DNA from: Fimicolochytrium jonesii
Lineage: Eukaryota
Direction of reading: 5' to 3'
Assembly: GCF_025526975.1 (NCBI RefSeq)
Contig: NW_026515675.1
Coordinates: forward strand, 744,001 to 808,000
Length of the DNA stretch: 64,000 nt
A program made the translations under genes and the position numbers. Of the stretch, positions 48,655 through 63,556 are shown piece after piece. Position 1 is the first letter of the stretch. Every line of letters begins with the position of its first letter. The notes beneath the pieces were generated by a model. The model had not been told where the DNA came from. It made no database searches and saw only the letters and a list, made by a program, of their open reading frames with translations.

Positions 48655-51600
48655 GTATATTGATGAAAGTTGGGTATGATGATGCAAATGGGATTGTGGA
48701 AAGGATGACGATCGCTTCAGAGGTGTGCGAATGCCTGACGATAGGTCGCCGCTGACGTCCGCCGGTGAAACACGCAAGACGGCCACGAGACTATTCTCAC
48801 GGAAGTTTGACGGCGTCGGAGTGGTATCGCGGTGACGATGCAGTTGCAGGTGCAGTAGCTCACTCGAGTTTGTGAGGCGACGGAGTGCGGGGTTGGTGAG
48901 GAAGCAGTAGTGCCGGACGGGTGCGCAGTATGTGGGTGCTGATTGCTTCGTGAGGATGCTCCAGGTTCTCGAGAGCAGCTTGACGCTGGACGATCTCTGG
49001 CGATCACGTAGGAGCCCGGTAAGGGTTCTGTGGGAATATAGGCGACTCCATAAGCGGTAGTGATAGGAAAGGTGGTGTAAACAAGCGTCGAACAGGAGGG
49101 AACGGCGTGGGAACAAGCTTTTATGTAGGTTCCGGGCACACACAGCCGTAAACACCACACTTACCCAAAGGTGCACGCACAAAGAAGGGCAAGAAAAATG
49201 CTTTCCTTTCCCCTCGGTTCGGGCGGTCGGCTGGCTGGGGGTGGCCTCGCTGCCGGTGGTGGTCACTGGTCAGGGTCGTTTGTAACTCCTTTGTTCTGGT
49301 GTCTGCCACCCACACCGCCCTTCAAATTCAAAGTATGCCGTGGAAGCGCAGGCACCGCCTGTGATTGCTTCGGTTCCCCCTAACACCGCACAATATGGTA
49401 TTGCCCTCTGTCACAAGAACGAAAGGGGTTTGAGAGAGGGGGTGGGTTCGCAGGGGGGGTGCAAAGTACAGTAAAGGGCTCGCTGGTGCGAAATGCGTCG
49501 TTCGCTCGTTGATTGATGTCGAAGGAGATCGAGAGGCTGTCGCGTTTGACGAGAGGCGAGGTTGTGGGTGGGGCCTGGCCGGTGCAACGTGCTACGAGAA
49601 TCCGTGTTCACCGCAAACACTTGGCCCACGGACCGGGGATGCATCCGAACATTACAACTCTACATTCGACAGACACACACACACAGAAGGCTGTCGGTTA
49701 TTATTGCGTCTCTTACTAGCAGGGTGCCAGCGAGGAACAAATGCTCCCATCGCCCAGCTCCATCTCATCATATTCAGAGCAACAACCGACCGCCTCTCCC
49801 AATAGAATGGATAGATCGTCGGGCGGGGGTTGTGCCATTTGATTGCCCCCGTCATTTGAAGACGCGTCGGATTGGGGGAGGTCCCCAAATTGCCAGGGTG
49901 TCTTTCGATTCAACTTACCTGCAAGCAGTAGTGCCTGGACCACATGCCCAAAATCTGTACGCAGATGCCTGCATATCTGTCGTAAATGGGAAACGTTGCG
50001 ATAACACCTCCGGAGGCCCCCTCTACCAGACTAGGCGCCTAATGCTAGAGCAGACACATCTACGGGCTTGCAGATCAAGATTCCCAAGATCTGCGGAGTT
50101 GGCAAGTCGGCAAGTCGGCAGCACGAGAGCCATCGAAGAACGCGAAGGAGAAAAGAGCTCAGGCTAGCAAAAAAAAAACTCGAACATCTTTCCTACCTAA
50201 CTGTGAAAGAAAGAACTCATCAATTTGATGGCGATCCCGTTTGAAAGCGCTAAAGATTGGAGAAGGAGAAGGGGGCTGCTGCGAATGAACCATATGACGC
50301 GGGTGGCCGTGCCTGTCGAGTCACCTTGGAGTTCCGATGTCCATCTCGCGGTTCTCACCGGCATCGGCCAATAGATGAGAAGACCCTTGCAGGGTCTAGT
50401 TACCGCATTGCTTGTTGAGCGGTGGATCTGAGATGTCATGATTCATCATGCTGTATGCACCATATAGGGAGAGGCGAGAACGACCTCAACACCCATCAAC
50501 CTCCTTTCGGTCAATCACATCATCATCGGAGCTCCAAACGTGTCTCGATTGCCTAACGCTTTATTTCGGGCATCCGATCAATCTAATCCAGAAAGCACCT
50601 CATATCCCGCCGTCGATCCGCCATTCGATGCTCCTCGAGGAGTGCCAGTGCATCAAGTCTCGGCATCGCGCTACGAACGTGTTTTGGCCCTCCGGCATGT
50701 TGGTGTCCCTTGAGACGATCTACTGCGCTTCTGAGATTTCGGCAGCGCGTGGCACCGCCGCCGTGCCCTGTCAGATCACGAAAACAAGCTGGCGGCCGGC
50801 CGTCGAATATCACACAGATTCACAAGCGTAACTTATAAGATGTGTTGTGTTGCACGAGTGCTGCGGTGGAGCGGGAGCACAACAACTTTTCGTCATCACC
50901 GATTCACTGTCGTATCGCTCGCAGTTGATGATGAAAACTGCCAACCATGGGTCGGGTAACCCCAGGGGAAGCAATCAGGGCGGGGTCGGATGACTGTGAT
51001 CGCCTGTATCATCATACCCTTGATCGACATTCGTCTTGCCAACCACGACAGAGAGCTGCATGCAGACGCATTGCAGAGGTGCAGGCCTGTCATCATTCAC
51101 CCGAGTTGACGCTACGATGAGCCTCCGACAACCTCATGATTAGACTTCGGGCCTCACAAGAGCACCTTTGAAGGGTTTCAACATCACAAGGTGCTTCACT
51201 GAGACGGCGATATCATGAGCAAGTCTCAATGGGGGCAGTGATCAAGCAATTCCATGGGGAAGGGCCATCTCCTTGGTACACCGCAATAAATACTGTACAG
51301 TACATACTCCCCTGTACAGTGCCAGCTCTTGGTAATGGCCAGGAAAGTTGAGGAAACGACGGATGCTTTGTTGGCTATTGTGTGAAGTTTCAGCAGTCAA
51401 TCGGATATCTATCATTTGTGGAAGGGGCATCGGATCCAGCGGGACAGATAATTTCAGACTCATGCCCGATGGATCAGCTCCAACTTCACATCTATCCAAC
51501 ATGATGTTCGAGTCATGAAGCAGGGTCTATACCGGCAGCTGGTTGCATGGTGTCATCTTTCGGTTGACCGTTTTGTCTGTTGGACACGTCGCTCAAACGG

Positions 51601-51747
51601 TGAATGGACAAAGTCACAATTCCCAGCCTTACAGGTAGAAGAAGCTGCTGGCTTCGCAGGTACATAGGCACAGTACACAGGCTGCAAGGTTTGTGGCATT
51701 CTCCGGCAATCCTGACGCCATCTGGAGGGCGGTAGTTGGACGTTAAA

Positions 51748-53405
51748 ATGAAGTTGAGGGGCATCTCAGCGGCCTGCTTCATCTTCGTGTGCTTGCTGGG
51801 CAGCTATGGCGCGCTTGGCCGTGGTAAACAGGTGCCGCTTGCTAGCACATGCAGCAGTCCGAAGCGCATCGCCGTCATCGGTAAGGATCGCGTACTGAGG
51901 AATCACCAACGGTGCTTCCGAGCGGGAGATTGATCTAGCTGCTGCAGGCGCTGGAGCGGCTGGGACAAGTTTCGCATACTCCCTCGGCCGGTCCAAGGTG
52001 CAGGATGATGTTTCCATAACGATACTAGAGGCTTCTCTCCGCGTTGGCGGTCGAGCGATGGCTTGGGAGTACAATGGCATAAGTGTGGAGTTGGGAGCAT
52101 CGATCTTTTTGGTGAATATTCCCACATCAAGGTGATCGGTGGTAACGCTCATCTTTTGCTAACCGAGATATGAAATATGCATCACTGCAGAAGGAGAATC
52201 AAATCTTATACAATGCAACAAGGGAATTCAACCTGACCTTCGAGGCGGAGCGCTCCGTGCGCGGCGGCCGACCGCCGTGGGGAGTATGGGCTGGGGACGG
52301 TTTTGCCTTCCAAGCGTCGAAGAGTTCGTCTGCGACCCTCGCGCGGATGTTTTGGCGCTACGGGCTCGCACCAGTAAAGACCGCTCGGCTCGCCCGCAAA
52401 GCCGCTGATGATTTTGCCCATGGCGCGTATGGCACAACGACCGACATCAAGCGAGTTCAAGATCTCGTCCGATCTTGGGGTCTAGCGGAAGTCGTGGGAG
52501 AACCTGCTGACAAGTTCTTCAAAGAGCGAGACATCAAGGAGCTCTTCACGGATGAGATTATTCAGGCCGCTACACGGGTCAATTACGCACAGGACATCAA
52601 TGCCATTGATTCCTTGGGTGCACTTATCTGCATGGCCGCCGCAAACGGAGAGACGGTCAGAGTCGAAGGCGGAAACCAGCAGATCTTCGAGCATTTCGTC
52701 GCGAAATCAGGCGCCGCATTGCGACTGAACTCTTCTGTATTGGAGGTGCAGAGGGTTCAAGGACATGCAGATTCAGCCTATAAAGTCACGACTGCGGATG
52801 GCCAAACCTCCACCTTTGACGCGGTCGTTATTGCGGTGCCATGGGTAAGATCCGGAACTTCTGAGAAGTTCAGTTCCGTCGCTAACATCTGAAGGCAGAA
52901 ACACGAGCCGTTCATACTTTTGGAAAATTTTGCGAAGGTTCCCCGACCTATCGAATATGTCCACCTGCATGTGACACTCATCGCCAATTTAACTGCATCG
53001 CCGGCGTATTTCGGGACAACAGATCCCCCCGTGCAGATCCTGACGAAGCCCCACCCCAACACTCCATTCCTGTCCCTTTCGTGGCTGAGCGACAACACCA
53101 TCAAAATCTTCTCGCTGCAGCGGATGTCGGATAAGGTCCTGGCGGAGATTTTCAAAGACTTCTCGCCTGCGAACGTCTTCCGGCATTCGTGGGACAGCTA
53201 CCCGCTGCTCAAGCCGGATTACCTTTCGAAGGAGTCCTATGTGCAGCTGGACGAAGGGGCCTGGCACTTGAATGGCTTTGAAGGCGTCTTTTCGACAATG
53301 GAGAGTCAGGCTGCCGTCGGACGGGCCGTAGCGAGAGTGGCGGAGCTTTGGGTCGAGGAGCAGCGGGAGACCTCTGATTGCTACGGCTCACGGTCCTTGG
53401 GATGA
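51748..53405 (+). CDS. Prenylcysteine oxidase/lyase (PCYOX1-like flavoprotein)
   Basis: Signal peptide; RIAVIG|..GAGAAG Rossmann motif; VGGRA, VELGASIF, WRYG, ATRVNYAQ, VEGGNQQIF, YVHLHVT, WDSYP, FSTMES. Confidence 0.88.
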
Positions 53406-53832
53406 AGAGCGTTTTGGCATACCGCTGTTTTAGACGGCGCAAATGAACGGGATGTCCAGACTCGGTAGTAGACAAGGGATCAGGATTAGGTAGCATGCGG
53501 AAGAAACTTGGAAAGATTTGCATTTCAGACGGCTGCAGGAAACTAGCATATCAAATATCTTTGCATTTGCAATTAGGCTTTCGTATTTCCACACCTGAAT
53601 GTTGCAGCTCTGAATGTAGCGATGGGTGCCGGATACAATATGTATATGATGCGTATGGAACAACAATATTACATGAAAGAGAAAATCCAAAATTTGGCTT
53701 CCAAAATATGTTGAGGCAGCTAGTGTACAGTGCAACACACCAGTCAAAGCCATGCTTGAGGGAAGGCCAGAACCTCAAGATGGCCTCTTCCGGGGGATGA
53801 GAGAGTGTGAAACGGGAAGAAACAGTGTCCTC

Positions 53833-56800
53833 TCACTCATCCAACCGCCGTTCCCGGCGGCTCGACGATTCGAGTTCTTCTCGGGTTGTTTTCCGCCGCC
53901 GCTGCTCTCGTGTCACTGACGTGCTATTCCCATCCGTGCTATGGAGGGCCGTCGACGCACTGCTTCTCCGCCGGCGCCCGTAAGCGGACGCAAGGGACTC
54001 CGTGTTGCTAACGGACCGCGACCGTGTCTTTGTCTCCCTCCCTCCGCCGCCGTTGTTGTTTGCTTCGGAGTGGAGTTGTTGTTCCTCCTCGGCCTGCCGT
54101 TGCTTGCTTTGCCTCCGTTGCTCTCGTCTCAGCTCTTTGGCAGCTTCTTTCTCGGCTTTGCGTTGTTTGCGTTCCTCCAGCTTGTCTGCGTAGAGCTGGA
54201 TTGCACGGAGGACGTGGCTGGGGTCGGTGTCGATTGCCGCCCCGAGGGATTGGATAGCGCGGGAAAACGCTGAATCCGTTAGATGAACGATCGAGATAGC
54301 GTTCTGGAGATGAAGGAGCGAAAGGCGTAAGGACTTGCATTTGTATGCGCAGAAGATAATAATCCAAGTATTACCTCTATCCGTGTCACGATGTGTTCCA
54401 GTGCTTTGATGAGAGCCGGTCTGTCCCCTTCATCGATACCTTCCACAGCCCATTCCCCATCTAAGCTTTCAGGTGCGGCATCCAACGACGAGCTGGAGTC
54501 CTGCCAGCCATCTCCGCATTGTGATGCGAGGTACTCCAGTCGCAAGCAAAGTGCACCAAGGCTCTGCACTGTCGCTCGGTCGATCTCTAATAGCGAGCCT
54601 CCGATCGCATCGTCGGATTTGCGTTGCGCCTGTGACCAGATTAAGCATTGGACTATGCACAGCATGCATTTCAAAACAAAGTGTGTTCTCACCTGAGTCA
54701 TGAGGTTGAGACCACCACTTTGTTCCAGGGAATAGAATCTATGTCGCGTGAATAGATCCCTTCGGTATATCTACATCATTTGAAATGGTGTGAGCACCTT
54801 GTCTTCCTCGCTCACAAACTCAGGCGATGCTTACCGCATAAATGACCTCCGGCGTCTCGAGACCTTTCAGTTTGATCTCCCCGATACACCAAGTCACGAC
54901 TCCGAGTCTCTTCAAGCGAGCCGCGTCATCATTGGGCCCAGCAATCATAGGATGACCATGAGCATGTTGGCCCCCAGTGCTGGTAGCAGTGTCCCCTTTC
55001 ACAGTGATATTGTCGGTCAAGTCCTCGCCGCTTTTGATGGCATCCGTCAGTGCTCCTTCCACCGTGTCCTTGTACCACCAACCGAGAGACTTCTTCAGCT
55101 CCTTCATGGCATCGGAGGATATGAGTATTTGACCCCCCTGAGATGCTCCTTCTACACGAGCAGCGCGGTTGACCATTGGCCCATAATAGTCCATTCGCGA
55201 GGTGATCGGATCAACCTCGCATAGCGGATTGCCGAAATGGATACCCATGCGAACCGACAATCCCCGGAAAATGAGTTCCCGGCGTTTACGTGACGTATGC
55301 ACCACCCCACGATTGATTGGCTTGGTCGTGTCATCGTCCGTCATGTCCACCTCGACGTCTGATCCAGTCTCGCCTTCGTTGTGCTCAAGTCCGGCACCGG
55401 TCACGAACTCGCTCCCTCCCTTCTTCTGCCACCAGATATCCATACCGTCCGCGGTCGACAAGATCTCTGCCGGCCAATCGATGCTCAGCAGTTCGCCTTG
55501 TACTGTCAAACACCATTCGACCGCTTGGATGACGTTCTGGAAGCTGACCATGAAAGCATCACCTTCGGTCTTCACCTCGTAACCGCCCGTCTGGCGAAGG
55601 AGGCGTCGCATGACTTGATGATGAAGCTTCAAAGCGGCCCGCATAGCTACCGGATTGTTTTCCCAAATAGAAGTGGAGTTCTTGATATCCGTGAACACCA
55701 AAGCCAACCGACCGACGGGCGGCGCGATCTCTTTTGTGAGCTGAAGGACCATCAAGGTTAGCGACTGCGGAAGTCAAAGGGATGAAGGCGAAGATATGAC
55801 GAGAAAGTTAAACACACCATTTCCAGGGGATCTTCGGTTCCCTTTCTCCGCTTTTCCTTCAAGCTCACGGTAGAGCCATAGTCTTGGCTCCCAGTAATCT
55901 TGCGATGTCGGTCCTCAACGGCAAGACTTTCGATGGAACTTTCGGCACTTCCACGGCGAGCACCAGACGCGTTCCACCAGGTGCTCTTCTTTGCAAGATC
56001 TCTCAACCCGAGGACCATGACGAGGTATCCACCGCCGGCCTTCCCACCTGATAAACTGAGCGCCACGTCGCGAACTTTCATGGCCGCTATTCCCCAGCCG
56101 CCACTTGATTTGGTACTTTGTTGCTGAACCGCAGCGAGGTTGCTGCTGCTCTTCGTCATGCCGGGGCCGCCACTGATACCCAGTCCGGCACCGGCCCCTG
56201 TGTTCGGGGCGTTACCTCCCATCCCAGTTCCAGCTGCTGATGGAGCTAGGGCACTCCGCGCAATGTCCACCATCATCTGGGCGCCGTCTTCGTCTGAACC
56301 TCCGCAACGAGCGGCCTCCCAAACGGCTCCGCTCGCAAGAACAACGAACTCGTCGCCTCCAACGGAGGCGGTAGTAGCAGGGCTCTCGGGTATATCGTCT
56401 TCCCCCGGTTTTGCAGACCGAGGCAACCGCAGATCTGAGCCATGTCGTCGCGTATCGTCCGACGGATCCTGATCGACGTCCAGCTCGACAGTTTGGATGG
56501 AGGGGTTCGCGTTGACTGGGCCCAAAAGCGGGAAATACCCGAACGCACGTGTAAGTTCCACTTGATCCTGAACCAGGCCCGAAGGCGAGAACCACCCGCT
56601 TGCATTGTGCACTCGTTCGAGTTCACTCCGGGGCCAGGGATATCTACTGTCATCTTGTAACAGGGACGGGTCTTCGAGATCTCCGTCAAGCGATAGCCGG
56701 CCTGACAGGCTGTCACTACCAGCCGACTTCGGCCCCGCGTCGAAGTTGGGCGTTCGGCCGAGGGGTGCACAGGGGTCCAGTTTGCTCATTGCCACAAAGT

Positions 56801-59800
56801 CCATCGCGTGGTGCTTCGCCAGAATGTCCGCAACGCCGCCAGCTTTCGAAATGACAGCCATGCTGTCACCGACGTTCGCGATGTACATACTGCACTTGGC
56901 TCCGCGCGAGCGGCCGCCAGGCTGCCCATATAGGAAAACGACCAGCGCCGAGGCACCGTAAAGCGGCCGAATCCCATACGAGTCGGTCCGCTTATTGCTT
57001 CTCGAAGTCCCGTTTCGGGGCTGGTCTTGTCGACGACCTTCATTGGAACTGCGATGTTGCAATTGCGGTCCACCTAAGCCTTCGTCCAGATCGTCGTGCA
57101 TAGACCCCAATTCCCTGTTGACTGCAATAAACGTCCGTCTCAAAGCTGTGCGGATAGACTCTGGGTCTAAGAAATGCGACTCTGGCGACCGCTCGCTGGC
57201 GGAAGTGGGGCCTTTGACGTTTGGCGGCTTCGTACTTGCAGAAGACGTTACGTGCTGACTTGAACCTATCTCCGACAACGGTTCCACTCTTTCAACCTTT
57301 TCCAATTCATGAGTCAGGAACCATCCAAACCACTCATTGAGATATTTGGCCATCTTGGCTCCCCCTCGAGTTCCTTTCCCATCAAACACGGCGAAAAGGG
57401 CTTCGTTGTCGCGTCCTCTGAATTTCGGTACCACGAGATCCCAAACCGCGAAATTGTCGGGCTCCAGCTTCGTAGACAATGGATGTTGACCTTCGGATGC
57501 ACCTTCCGTGATGCCAGCTCTGTCCTTCTTCCCAGTTTGTCCAGGTCGCGAGAGCATATCCGCAACTCCGTACCGGATGACCCCTCCCCGTATCCCAAGC
57601 AGAGACATGTCAGAGCCCGTGGTACGGATACGCCTTTCCGCGCTTTCATCCGGCGGCATAATCAAGCAGGTCACATCCATCAACCCCAAAAGACGCAGGT
57701 TGGTCAATGCGTTGAAATCGGTCAAGTCCCTCCGCTTCTGAGACGGGTTGGCCACCAACGCACCCGACGTCGCCGGGGCCTGTATGGCTCCTCCGCCTTT
57801 AGCGCCAACCTTGTGTCCCGCAACCGCCGACGTCTGGTTGGCGGCCTGCGCAAGATCCGCGCCGGAAAAGAAACTCGACGCACTCGCAGACGGCTTGATC
57901 TCCAGTCGCTTGTTCCCAGACAGGTTCAAGTACTTGAGATCGAGGTTCCAGTTCCAGTTCCAGTCATACGGCCAATTGGAGACGTTGTATCGCAGCCCGG
58001 TGCCTTCTCCCCTGGCACCGACCTGACTTCCCAAATCTAGCGCTTCTAGGGATTTTAGCTTGCCGACTTCTCCCGGCACAGTGCTCAGCTTGTTGGCGTT
58101 CAGAAACAATGATTTGAGGTTGCGGATACGCTCTATCTCGGCCGGAAGTGTCGTAATGAGATTCCCACTCAGATGCAGCTCTTGCAGTTTGTAGAACCAG
58201 GGGACCATCGGCACAGGAACGGGAATAGCGACCACCCACGACGTGATATCGGTGACTTCGTTGAAAGACACATGGAGGGCTTGCAGGTTGGGAAGATGAT
58301 ACAGGGCCATGTACAGGTCATCGCCTAGGTAGTTGTCGCTAAGATACAATTGTTGCAACGAGTGGCTGAGTGGTGGCAGGTTGGGCATCTGGTCCGAGAT
58401 GGTGTTGAGCGATTGGGCAGATTGGGAGAAGTGGTCAGCGCGGCTTAGTGTCCCTGACGCTCCTTTGCCGTAGCTGAAGCCGCCGCTTCGACCCATGGTT
58501 TGCTGCGTGTTCATGGAAACTAGTACCGTCCCATCTTCCGGGTACGGCATCGGGAAAACCTCCAGCCGATTCGAACTCAAGTTCAAGACTTTCAGACTTC
58601 GACATCGCCATATCTCCGACGGCAGCTCCCGCAGGTAATTGCTCTTCAGGTCAAGAACCACCAACCGATCCAAATCCCCAATATCCGGCGGCACATCTTC
58701 CAAAAAGTTGTTATTCACCAGCAGCTCCTGCAACGGCAACCGGGTCGGGAAATTGTTCGGCGGAGGCGCCATGAAATCAGGCAGGTCCCGCAATCGATTC
58801 CCACCCAGATTGAGTCTCAGAACCGCCGGCAGTCTCTGGAAGAACCGCTTGGGCAGCATCTCGATCCCACATGAACTCAAATTCAGGTCCGCGAGTGTAG
58901 CAGCGTAGTTTGAGAAGTGTGCCATCATCGGGCGGGCGTGTGAGAGGTCCAGTTGGAATCCGATCGAGAGGTATTTAAGGGATGTGAACTCCAGCGGCGC
59001 GGCGCCGGGCGCAGAGGAGATATCGTCGTCGTTGTCAAACATATCGAAATCCGACGGAGGGGGGACAGTATCCCTGTGAGGAGACCGCGCCTTCCATGGC
59101 CCAATCCACTTAATCCGATTTGCATCCAGGTAGAGCGTCTCCAACTTCGGACATGTGGCCAAGACCTCCATGACGGGCATTTCCTCGTTATTGGCCCAGC
59201 CAAAAGTGTTGCCACGGAGATCCAGCATCCGAAGCTCCTTCATGTCCGCCATCCGCCCAGGAAGTCCACCTCGCATCCGGTTGCCCGCCATGCGCAACAC
59301 CATCAGATTGCGAAGTTCCCCAATGCCTTCTGGAACAAACCCCTCGATCCGGCAGAAGTTTAGGTCGAGATGCTGCAGCGTCTCCCATAACTGACATAGC
59401 GTCAGCGGGAAAGCAGTGAGCCGGTTATTCGACAAATCGATTAGCTGCAGCCGTCTGCAGCCCCGCGCAATATCGTCAGGAACGAATTCGAGCAGGTTTC
59501 CGGCCAAACGAAGCTTCGTCAGGCCGGTCAAACTCCCCAATCCCGTGTCGTCCAACGAGTCGATTCGATTATAAGACAAATCGATCTCGCTTAGTCTCGT
59601 GATATACTGAAGCGACCTCGGAACTTTTGAGATTTCGTTTCGCGCCAACGTGATGGACCGCATAGAGTCCATCGTGAGAGCTAGATCATTTGGGATCTCA
59701 TGGATGTTCGGGTTCCATGAGAGGTCCATCTGTACAATCTCATGTGCGAACCGGAATATCGTCAGTGGCACCGCAGACAGATTCATTCTAGCGAGCGATA

Positions 59801-61972
59801 ATGTCGCTGGGTTGAATGCTGATGATTTCCAGAAGTCGGCCGACTGGAAGCAGAGAGGGCTTTATAACGAGGAAGGGATGCTCGGCTGTACCAAACTCGG
59901 TCAAACTTACGATTTCATTCCCGAACGCCGTTTCTTTGAAAATAAATCTACACAGATACGAGTGATCCTCCCTTCCTAGGAACTCGATCTTGTCCACGCG
60001 GGTGTACCCCAGCTGCTCGAATAACCGGCGCTGAATGAGGTGTGGCCGCTCATGACGCGCTAGCACGCGTTCTGCTCCGTTCCAGTCAGCGGTCAAGTCT
60101 CTCCCGACTTATCAAACACCCTCCCGACGTACCCGTGCCATTCCGCGCAATATGTATATTGAATTTCGAAAAATCGCTGATCAAAGATTTCTTCGCCATA
60201 ATCATCAGCAGCTCGCCAGCAGTAGTCGATTCTCGGCAAGACACGGTCGCAAACGTCCCGTCGCGCCTGAAAAGACGAAGTGCGCCCTGAGGTTGAATAC
60301 CGTTTGAGGACTGAATTCCATTCCCTAGTATAGACATGACACCAAAAGACTTACCACTTTGTCGCCAGCAATGCTCTCTTTGATGGATTCTACTTCGTAA
60401 CGGGTGTCGATGGCTATATCGTCATGCCTGGCCTCGTGTGGCCGGTATAATATTGGATTGGGTTGTCCGTACGATGCTGCTGACCGTATGGAGTTGGCAT
60501 CCACGTTTGCCATTCTGGGTCCATCCGTAGGCCCCAATTTGCCCGGTAATCGATCCTCCACGCGTGTGCCCCAACTCTCTGGTGGTTGCCATGTTGATAA
60601 CGCTGGAGACGTAAGGTTCATATTGTTTCGTGAATTTGGCGAGATGGAGGACGCTGCTGCACCAGGTCTCATCATCCCAGGGCTCTCGAGTTCGCCACCG
60701 GGAAAGTTTCTCGTGTTGGCGCTCTCCAGAGGGCTGTTGATAGAGACCAGATCTAGAGGCACATATGCAGGGTCCATCGAGAAGCCGGCAAGGTCCACTA
60801 GAATTTCGTCAGGTGACGGTATGCAGGAGTCAGCGAAAGCATACAGCAACAAAACCGTAACGGAGAGCTTTGACTCACATTGAACTTGCTTGTCAGACGA
60901 GCTTCCCTCCCGAGTCTAAGAAAACATGTGAGCATGCTGTCGTGACGTCGCAGCAAACACAGATTCGGAACCGCACCTTGCCCTGTTTCCGTTTCGTGAA
61001 CGAGCTCATGCCTGCTGGCTTCGGTGGTAAGACACCGCCCAAAAAGGGATCAATCAACTCATTCCGGCTGGGAAACTCATCAGGCCGCTTTCCATAGTTT
61101 CCGGTGCTCGAATCCGATCCCATATCCGCCTCTTTTGGCTTCTCCTTCCGCCGGCCGAAAAGGTGCGACATGAAACCTTTTTTCTTCTCTTTCGAGTCCG
61201 GGTTCCATTTCTCCGCTATTAGTCCCAGATGCTCCTGACTCGTCCCAGGTGCGGAATGTGTCGCTGAAGGGGTCCTGTTGGAGGAAAGAGGGCTGCGGGC
61301 GTCGCGCATAGCGGATGACCCGCTCATCGCACGATTGAGCCCATCTGCGGACTTTGATATGGGAGTGTGTCCCTCTGGTATTGCCAAGGAAGATCCACCA
61401 TAAGGCCTAGGGTGTGTCGTCGGCGATAAATCCTCGAAAGACTGAACACCCATCCGCGGTGTCACGTTTGGAGCGTTCCTAGTCCAAGAGCCAGACTGTG
61501 CCTCGCGCGACTGTTGCCATGGTAGTGGCTGGTCTCCAGCGAATGGGGGTCGAGGGTCATATGATCCTACTCTAATGTCCGGGGGATTCAGCGTGGGTTT
61601 GATGGCATCGCCAGGGAGTGGAGCGGAACGCAATGAGTGCTGCACTTGAAAAGGTCCCGGCCCTGCCCCTCGAGACGATCCCACATATGAGGCGGAGGAA
61701 GGAAACGCATCGGGCGCTATGGACACCTGCTTCAGCGGTGTCGCCTCATTGCGACGCGTCGATTTGTGTGGTTTGGCCGGGAGTTGGAGGGACGGATCAT
61801 CTGCCACTGATGCTGCACTCCCTACGCGCGACGTTAGAGGGCTATTCGTCGCAGAGGGATAGTTGTATTCGTTCAGCAAATCCTCCAGGAAACGACCACT
61901 AGCTGAAGACCCGGTAGGTAGGTGGGTCGGTCGCTGTTCCTGTTGAGGCGCTGTTAAGTGACTTCGATCCAT
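53833..61972 (-). CDS. CYR1: Fungal-type adenylate cyclase (Ras-association, LRR, PP2C-like, class III cyclase, C-terminal domain)
   Basis: LRLFRRDGTFAT / ERPHLIQRRLFEQLGY (RA); many LxxLxLxxNxL repeats; YNVSNWPYDWNWNWN; ANVGD and TRAFG (PP2C); VFTDIKNST, EVKTEGDAFM, MDYYGPMVNRAARV, KLKGLETPE; last exon 54303-53833. Confidence 0.95.
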
Positions 61973-63528
61973 TTTCCGGAGGGAATCGATGAAGATTATC
62001 GTCTATGGAGTCGCAGCTATGGACAGAAGAGACCAGCGTATGGAGAGGCTGAGAAGGAGGATGGGCATGAGCAAGGCAGGACAGAAGCGGGAGCAAGACC
62101 ACCTATGTATCCTGTCTCTGTCCCAAAAACCAGGACTCACCCGACTTTCACTCTAACAAACGCTGCGCTTACGATAACGAGACGGTATAGTCAGGACAAA
62201 CCAACATGTTCTGACTGTCCACAATTCCTGGCGAGTTTCTTGAGGGTGCGGGAGAAATGACCTATAGACACTGTGTATGTACGGTATGTGGCGAGAGAAA
62301 CGCTGGCGATTTCCCCTACTAGACGGCAAGTGCAAGTTACGTGGGTATTGGATGCCGGTCCGCCCACTGTTGTATTGGCGATGGGACAGTGTTTTCGGCA
62401 AGATGGGTGGGGTAGCGGAATAGCGTTTGCAGCACTTTTGATCACCGTGACGAGATCGTGCCAGTTGTCACCCTAATCGCAATAACGCTGTGAGAAATGG
62501 GAAAGCGACACCGCGCATCACAGTGACTCCGCAGAGGCACTTCCCCCCCGTCAGGTTGCTTGGACACCCCGACGGCGGGCACGCATCGCAGTTATTCATT
62601 TCCCAGGTTCTTCAGGATATGAAGGATGTTGGACATGCTGTTCACACTTATCATGCGTATGTTATGCATGCATCAAAAAGTTTCGTTAAACCATGCGAAT
62701 TCGGCAGGTTCTCTTACTGAGGACTGTCATGGTTTGAGGAATTGAGACATTGCACCCCGTACATCGCTCAGAATCAGCCCTCTGGCGCAAACTGCGCTCA
62801 CATCCCATACCCAAACCCCTCCCTCCTCGCCTTCCCCGTCCCCGCCGACCCCGCCCTCAAATGCCCCCCAGACCCAGACCCAGCCCACTCCCACTTCCCC
62901 TCCTACTAACCCCCTCAGGTGACCGACCAGATCCTCTCATTTTCTGCCAAGTGTCCTGAGTGCAGGATGCGCACCTCAAACTAACTTTTCAGCGCCCTAC
63001 GCACCGATGCTATATCGAGTTCCAGACGCCTACGGAGCCAACTATGGCGCTTCCCGAACGACAGTAAGCATGCGGGTTTCCTCGATACTCTACCCTGGAG
63101 TATGTGTGCCATTGCCGCTGACCTTCTGGTTTGCTCAGGGCTCTCGCAAATCGTTCATGCTTTCTGTAGATGTACCCCGTAAGTAGCCTGTAGACCTACT
63201 TTCCCTGATGATTTGGGATGACATCTTTCAAATGCCGGAAGACATTTTGCGAGGGAAGCACACACTCTCGAAGGTCCCATTTGTTGTATGACGAGGGGAG
63301 TCTTTATGAAGGCGGAGTGGTCCGTCCAGCATGTATGAACCCCCAATGACAGTGATGAGAAAGAAGACCTCCAATATAATCCATGTGCTGTCACTGTCGC
63401 TTATACACGTGACTGGCATTAAACCCGCGTTCGGTGCGCTGTGCACTTACGCCTGACAAGGCCGCCATAAGCTCATATTCCCACCCCTTCAATCGACACA
63501 TATATCTGGTGAGTAGACAAAGGCAGGC

Positions 63529-63556
63529 AATCCATCCATCCATCCATCCATCCATC
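63529..63556. repeat. (CCAT)n microsatellite
   Basis: aatccatccatccatccatccatccatc. Confidence 0.85.

Noticed and set aside
49300..51700. Short ORFs upstream of the RRM gene
   Set aside because: No recognisable domains or transposon hallmarks; probably regulatory or intergenic.
32031..53405. STE24 and prenylcysteine oxidase (plus DOA10) as a prenyl-protein or pheromone cluster
   Set aside because: Universal housekeeping genes ~18 kb apart with unrelated genes between; no CAAX pheromone ORF identified.
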